A DNA stretch of 20,000 bases from Candidatus Heimdallarchaeota archaeon (GTDB lineage: Archaea; Asgardarchaeota; Heimdallarchaeia; JABLTI01), in assembly GCA_018238155.1 (NCBI GenBank), contig JABCTZ010000003.1:205765-225764 (forward strand), given 5' to 3'. This document shows, piece by piece, positions 15,552 to 20,000 of the stretch; the first letter of the stretch is position 1, and each line of letters starts with the position of its first letter. The notes under the pieces were generated by a model. The model saw only the letters and a program-made list of their open reading frames with translations. It searched no databases and was not told the origin of the DNA. A program made the position numbers and the translations under genes.

Positions 15552-17199
15552 TTTCAAAGGAGATTTAGACTTGGAAAAAACAATTCGCTTTCAAAATAAA
15601 GTCCATCCACAATGGTGGTATGTATTTCTCGCGGATTTGCGTGTTCGTACCTCTCGGTTTAGATTTCTGGGGAAATTTCGATTTGCCCTTCCCTTTATCA
15701 TGATAGTTCTATTTATCATCCAGTTTATTTTAGTTATAACAAGCAAGTTTAACACTGAATTTACTGATATGTTTTCTTTTCTATTAACTGAAGGAGCATT
15801 TATGGTTGAAACGATCATAGCAGCTTTTGTTATTTTCACAGCTTTTAATTCAAGTATTAGTTTCTTTGGGCAAAATACTACAATGGAGGAACTGGAATTA
15901 ATATCCGGTTCACCAATTAGTACTCGATCATATTTGTTCGGTAAGTATCTGAGTATGCAAATCAATTATCTTATTTTCGTTCCATTTATAATGATTGCAC
16001 AGGTAGAAGTTGCAAAACTGGCAGGAATGGATATAAATTGGTTCTATCTCTTCTTTCATTTTATAGTCATTAGTGTATTATTTTTATCTCTAAGTTGGTT
16101 AGGATTAACACTAGGTCCAAAAGTAGTCTTCAATATTGATAAACAAAGAAAAGGTCAGAAAGGTGCAAGAGATATTAGATCAATATCATTAAGTATGCTT
16201 GTGGTCTTTCAATTCTTCATACCAATTATTTTAGCTTTCCTTTTAACTCCGGAACAATTTGAAATTGGCTTTACTTATGTACCAACAGGATGGTATGCAA
16301 AACTGGCTCGAGAGATATTTTTCTCCCGTTCAATAGAAATAATCCCTTCTGTATATGGATTGTTAGCTCTCCTGTTCGGTTCACTGTTCCTAGTGGTAGC
16401 TTATTTCAGGACTAATTATTCACTCAATTTAGAAAACTTCGAAGCACTCACTGGTGGAGGTTCTTCTAATTCAAAAACACCGTTTGTTGTGAAGGTAATT
16501 GATAAATTACCACTGCCACATAAATATTCAATCAAAACTTTCTACTTGCTAAGTAGTAGAAAAAACTCACTCAACAGGCTTGTAGATATTGCATTTATCA
16601 TTGGTCTTATTGGAATAACAATTGTGGGATTTTTATTCGAACAATACGATTGGTCTAAATACGTTTTTTTAGGAGCGGTTGTTATTGGATTTATTCTACT
16701 CACAGTATCTTCTACAGGAGGATTACAGATATTATTTGGTGGGAAGAATACTTTTCTGGTTTGCCAATCTGCTCCAAATGGAATTCGAAAAATGTTAATT
16801 GGAAAAATAATTCAACTTCTTTTCTCATATACAATTGAAATTTTATCTGTAGCTATTTTGCTGTTGATTTTTCATAACAGTAAACTGGATGCTCTATTAC
16901 TGATATTGGTTATTATTTGTGGAGCATTTAATGGTGTAATGACAGGTGTTTTGTCTCTATCTATCGCTCCATTTTTTGAAACAACAGATATAACTTCAAA
17001 TCCAATTAGGGGGTTACAAATTGCCCTTCCATTAAATATCAATATGTTCTTAGTTGGTGGCATAGTAATTATATTAGTGCTAATTTTTCAAACAATTCCA
17101 TTCTGGTTGTTATTTTTAATTCTAGCATTGATTTTTGTAGGGTTGGGTATCATTTATTTTATTATTGCGGAGAAATTCTTACTTCGATTTCAAACCTAG
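15535..17199 (+). CDS. ABC transporter permease
   Basis: 554 aa, multi-TM; overlaps the partner ATPase by 17 nt, implying translational coupling. Confidence 0.8.
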   Translation: MKVITNFKGDLDLEKTIRFQNKVHPQWWYVFLADLRVRTSRFRFLGKFRFALPFIMIVLFIIQFILVITSKFNTEFTDMFSFLLTEGAFMVETIIAAFVIFTAFNSSISFFGQNTTMEELELISGSPISTRSYLFGKYLSMQINYLIFVPFIMIAQVEVAKLAGMDINWFYLFFHFIVISVLFLSLSWLGLTLGPKVVFNIDKQRKGQKGARDIRSISLSMLVVFQFFIPIILAFLLTPEQFEIGFTYVPTGWYAKLAREIFFSRSIEIIPSVYGLLALLFGSLFLVVAYFRTNYSLNLENFEALTGGGSSNSKTPFVVKVIDKLPLPHKYSIKTFYLLSSRKNSLNRLVDIAFIIGLIGITIVGFLFEQYDWSKYVFLGAVVIGFILLTVSSTGGLQILFGGKNTFLVCQSAPNGIRKMLIGKIIQLLFSYTIEILSVAILLLIFHNSKLDALLLILVIICGAFNGVMTGVLSLSIAPFFETTDITSNPIRGLQIALPLNINMFLVGGIVIILVLIFQTIPFWLLFLILALIFVGLGIIYFIIAEKFLLRFQT

Positions 17200-17337
17200 A
17201 AAAATAGTGGCAATATTTGCAATAATGCTTTTAAAATAACAGTGAGTCAACAACTTGAGGCATTTAATGCTATTCATTTAATACTAAAATAAAGAATATA
17301 AAAATAATAATACAAAATAGTATACTGGTGATAAACG

Positions 17338-18777
17338 ATGACTTTGAAAGTGCGTAATAGTTTAAAAATGGAATTAGAAGAATTCATTCCTCTTGAAGAT
17401 GGGAAAGTCAAGATGTACACGTGTGGACCAACGGTATATGGAACTCCACACATTGGCAATTATCGGACATTCTTTATGGGTGATATGATTCGAAGATATT
17501 TAGAATTTAAAGGCTATGTGGTTTTTCACCTCCTAAATATAACGGACATCGATGACAAAACTATACGTGAATCAGGGAAAGAAGGAGTGACTCTAAAAGA
17601 GTTCACTGAAAAATACACTCGAGAGTTTCTTGAAGGAATAGATTGGTTGAATATCAAAAGAGCACATATGTATCCACGCGCAACTGATCATATACAAGAA
17701 ATGGTTGATGTAATCAAAGTGTTAGAAAAGAAAGGATATGCATATGATGCAGAGGATGGAGTATACTTCAATATTAAGAAATACAAAGACTATGGAAAGT
17801 TAGTGAAAATCAACCTTGAAGAACAAAAGGTTGGTGAACGAGTAAAAGATGATACTTACGATAAAGATAATCTTCAAGATTTTGCTCTCTGGAAGAAAAG
17901 CACCCCGGAAGAAATTGAACGAGATATCTTCTATGAAAGCCCATGGGGTAAGGGACGACCAGGTTGGCATATAGAATGTTCTGCTATGGCCATGAAATAT
18001 CTAGGAGAATCCTTTGATATCCATACAGGTGCAGTAGACCTACGCTTTCCACACCATACTAATGAAATAGCTCAATCAGAAGCAGCTACAGGAAAAGAAT
18101 TTGCTAGATATTGGTTACATGGTGAATTTCTGAATTTTGCCAAAGAAAAGATGTCAAAATCCTTAGGGAACGTTACAAGCTTACACCAATTAATGGATAA
18201 ATTTACTCCCGATGCAATTAGATACTTTTTCTTATCAACACGATACGATGCAATATTGGTGTTTACTGAGGAAAAATTAACTGGTGCAATAAACAGTGTT
18301 GAACGGTTAAGAAATACCTACACTAATATCATAGCCGCATTGAGAACTCCAGGACAAAAATCACCCATGGGTAAAAATGAAGAAGAGCTCTTAACAGAAG
18401 TTCACAAGACGAGAAAAGACTTCGAGGAATTTATGGATGTTAATTTTGATACCCCAAAAGGTTTGAAAGCTATACATGAACTCTCCAAAGCACTAAATAA
18501 ATATCTGAAAGGAGAAATCAATAGTGGAACTCTTCTAGAAGCATCTATAATTTACAAAGAGCTTTTATCCACATTTGGTTTATTCGAAGGTATACACGTT
18601 TCATCTGAAGGAAATGAAACCATGGATCAACTTCTTCAATTAATTATTAATCTGAGAAATGAAGCTCGAAAGAAGAAAGACTATGCAATGAGTGACAAAA
18701 TTCGAGATGGTCTTTCGGAATTAAACATTATCTTGGAAGATTCTCCAAAAGGAACGATTTGGAAGTACAAAAAATAG
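17338..18777 (+). CDS. cysS: Cysteinyl-tRNA synthetase
   Basis: 479 aa; [21 protein letters not shown] (HIGH motif), [47 protein letters not shown] (KMSKS motif). Confidence 0.97.
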   Translation: MTLKVRNSLKMELEEFIPLEDGKVKMYTCGPTVYGTPHIGNYRTFFMGDMIRRYLEFKGYVVFHLLNITDIDDKTIRESGKEGVTLKEFTEKYTREFLEGIDWLNIKRAHMYPRATDHIQEMVDVIKVLEKKGYAYDAEDGVYFNIKKYKDYGKLVKINLEEQKVGERVKDDTYDKDNLQDFALWKKSTPEEIERDIFYESPWGKGRPGWHIECSAMAMKYLGESFDIHTGAVDLRFPHHTNEIAQSEAATGKEFARYWLHGEFLNFAKEKMSKSLGNVTSLHQLMDKFTPDAIRYFFLSTRYDAILVFTEEKLTGAINSVERLRNTYTNIIAALRTPGQKSPMGKNEEELLTEVHKTRKDFEEFMDVNFDTPKGLKAIHELSKALNKYLKGEINSGTLLEASIIYKELLSTFGLFEGIHVSSEGNETMDQLLQLIINLRNEARKKKDYAMSDKIRDGLSELNIILEDSPKGTIWKYKK

Positions 18778-18784
18778 TCAGTAA

Positions 18785-18818
18785 TAAAAGCAATTCATTT
18801 GCTTTTATTTTTCTTCTC
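18785..18818 (+). terminator. Intrinsic terminator-like hairpin after cysS
   Basis: TAAAAGCAA(18785-18793)-ttcat-TTGCTTTTA(18799-18807) followed by TTTTTCTTCTC. Confidence 0.65.
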
Positions 18819-18880
18819 ACAATATTTTTTTTAGATTTGTTTATATAGATGAATATTCCTTCCATTCTTGGTGAATTAAT

Positions 18881-19084
18881 TTGTTTGATTTTTACAATAA
18901 AGAACACAAAATACGGTTACCAAGAAATCTCAGATGCCCTAATTGCAAGGAAATGATCCATGATATTGTACTAGTATTTGGAAAAATGAAAGTTGCATTT
19001 GGCTCAACTTGGGAAGAAGTGTGTTACTGCCCAAAATGCTTAGTAATTTTATCAATAAATAATGTTGAAAGAGGCTCAAGCTAA
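18881..19084 (+). CDS. Small zinc-ribbon-like protein
   Basis: 67 aa; LPRNLRCPNCKEMIHDIVLVFGKMKVAFGSTWEEVCYCPKCLVILSI has two CxxC knuckles; TTG start. Confidence 0.6.
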   Translation: MFDFYNKEHKIRLPRNLRCPNCKEMIHDIVLVFGKMKVAFGSTWEEVCYCPKCLVILSINNVERGSS

Positions 19085-19236
19085 ATTACACTAAAATCAC
19101 TCTTTTTAAGAGTAAAAAAGAATATTTAATTCGGGTTTAATAGAAAAACTTGAAAGGTAATTTCAATTGCCGATTATTCATAGGATCAGTTTAAACTAAA
19201 TGCCTAATTGTAAATAATTATTGGATGTAATATAAG

Positions 19237-20000
19237 ATGCCAGATAAACCTAGTATATCATTAAAAATTGCTGAAGCGCGGCAAAGGGACATTGGGAGAC
19301 AAAAAGTGCGAATCGATGGTTTGTCTATGCGACAAATCAATGTGACCACTGGGGATGTTGTAGAAATCAAGGGGAAAAAAACTACTGCCGCAATTGCATG
19401 GCCAGCTTATCCTGAAGACCAAAATGCCGGTTTGATACGAATGGATAAACTCTTGAGAAATAATGCTGATGTTGGTTTATCTGAAAAAGTTACTGTTACA
19501 AAAGCCAATGCAAAGAATGCTAAAGTAGTTACTCTTGCTCCATTTCAAACTCCAGTAGCAATTGATTATAGCTTCGAGAATTTCGTTAAAAGAAAACTAT
19601 TAGGTTATCCTCTAACAGCAGATGATACAGTGCTAATCCCTATTTTAGGAAAGTCATTACCATTCACAGTTACATCAACCACTCCAAAAGGTATCATTAG
19701 AATCACAGAGGACACAGAACTTAAAGTAATTGATAAACCTGTTCGAGTTGCTGATGATGACATATTAACAAGAACTTCATATGAAGATATCGGTGGTCTT
19801 GGTGGACAGATTCGAAGAATCAGAGAAATGGTAGAGCTACCTATGAAACATCCTGAATTATTCCAGAAATTAGGAATTGATCCTCCAAAGGGTGTTCTTC
19901 TACATGGTCCTCCTGGTTGTGGAAAAACACTTATTGCGAAAGCAGTTGCAAACGAGAGCACATCACATTTTGCTGTTATCAATGGTCCTGAAATAATGTC
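19237..20000 (+). CDS. CDC48/VCP-like AAA+ ATPase, partial (runs off the window)
   Basis: ATG 19237, [62 protein letters not shown]... [59 protein letters not shown]; CDC48 N-domain plus first AAA Walker A. Not in the ORF track because it is open at the 3' edge. Confidence 0.96.
   Translation, partial: MPDKPSISLKIAEARQRDIGRQKVRIDGLSMRQINVTTGDVVEIKGKKTTAAIAWPAYPEDQNAGLIRMDKLLRNNADVGLSEKVTVTKANAKNAKVVTLAPFQTPVAIDYSFENFVKRKLLGYPLTADDTVLIPILGKSLPFTVTSTTPKGIIRITEDTELKVIDKPVRVADDDILTRTSYEDIGGLGGQIRRIREMVELPMKHPELFQKLGIDPPKGVLLHGPPGCGKTLIAKAVANESTSHFAVINGPEIM

Noticed and set aside
1-20000. CRISPR arrays, transposons or tRNA genes
   Set aside because: No regularly spaced direct repeats, transposase motifs or tRNA-like cloverleaf with CCA/T-loop consensus (GTTCRANYC plus acceptor pairing) was found by reading both strands; a tool-based scan could still find a missed case.

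Overview
Low-GC archaeal chromosomal window. The C-terminal tail of Nop5, fibrillarin, ribosomal protein eL42, an archaeal type IV pilin-like protein and a CDC48-type ATPase indicate Archaea; an Asgard-type lineage is plausible but not proven. Most of the window is ordinary. It contains a PAC2-family protein, an Mrp/NBP35 ATPase, a DsrE/F/H (TusD/C/B)-like set with a fourth DsrE-fold protein and TusA, a Zn/Mn-type ABC importer operon with a DtxR-like regulator, a GtrA-GT2 fusion, a divergent PhzF-like protein, a membrane protein, an ABC exporter pair, and cysS. The standout is an intergenic element at about 6327-6483 that reads as a circularly permuted 5S rRNA gene. The normal 3' portion (CCGGAAGTTAAGCC...TACTG...GAGA...CGGGAAC...TTAAGC) lies upstream of the normal 5' portion (GGTCAAAGC...GGGCAACACCCGGACCCGTCCGATCCCGG). 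The native termini are joined by a minimal UGCG tetraloop capping helix I. The new termini sit in helix III at the conserved AA bulge and are flanked by a 15-position complementary stem. An archaeal TATA-like box lies at the right distance upstream. A perfect 20-bp palindrome sits directly upstream of the metal-uptake operon.
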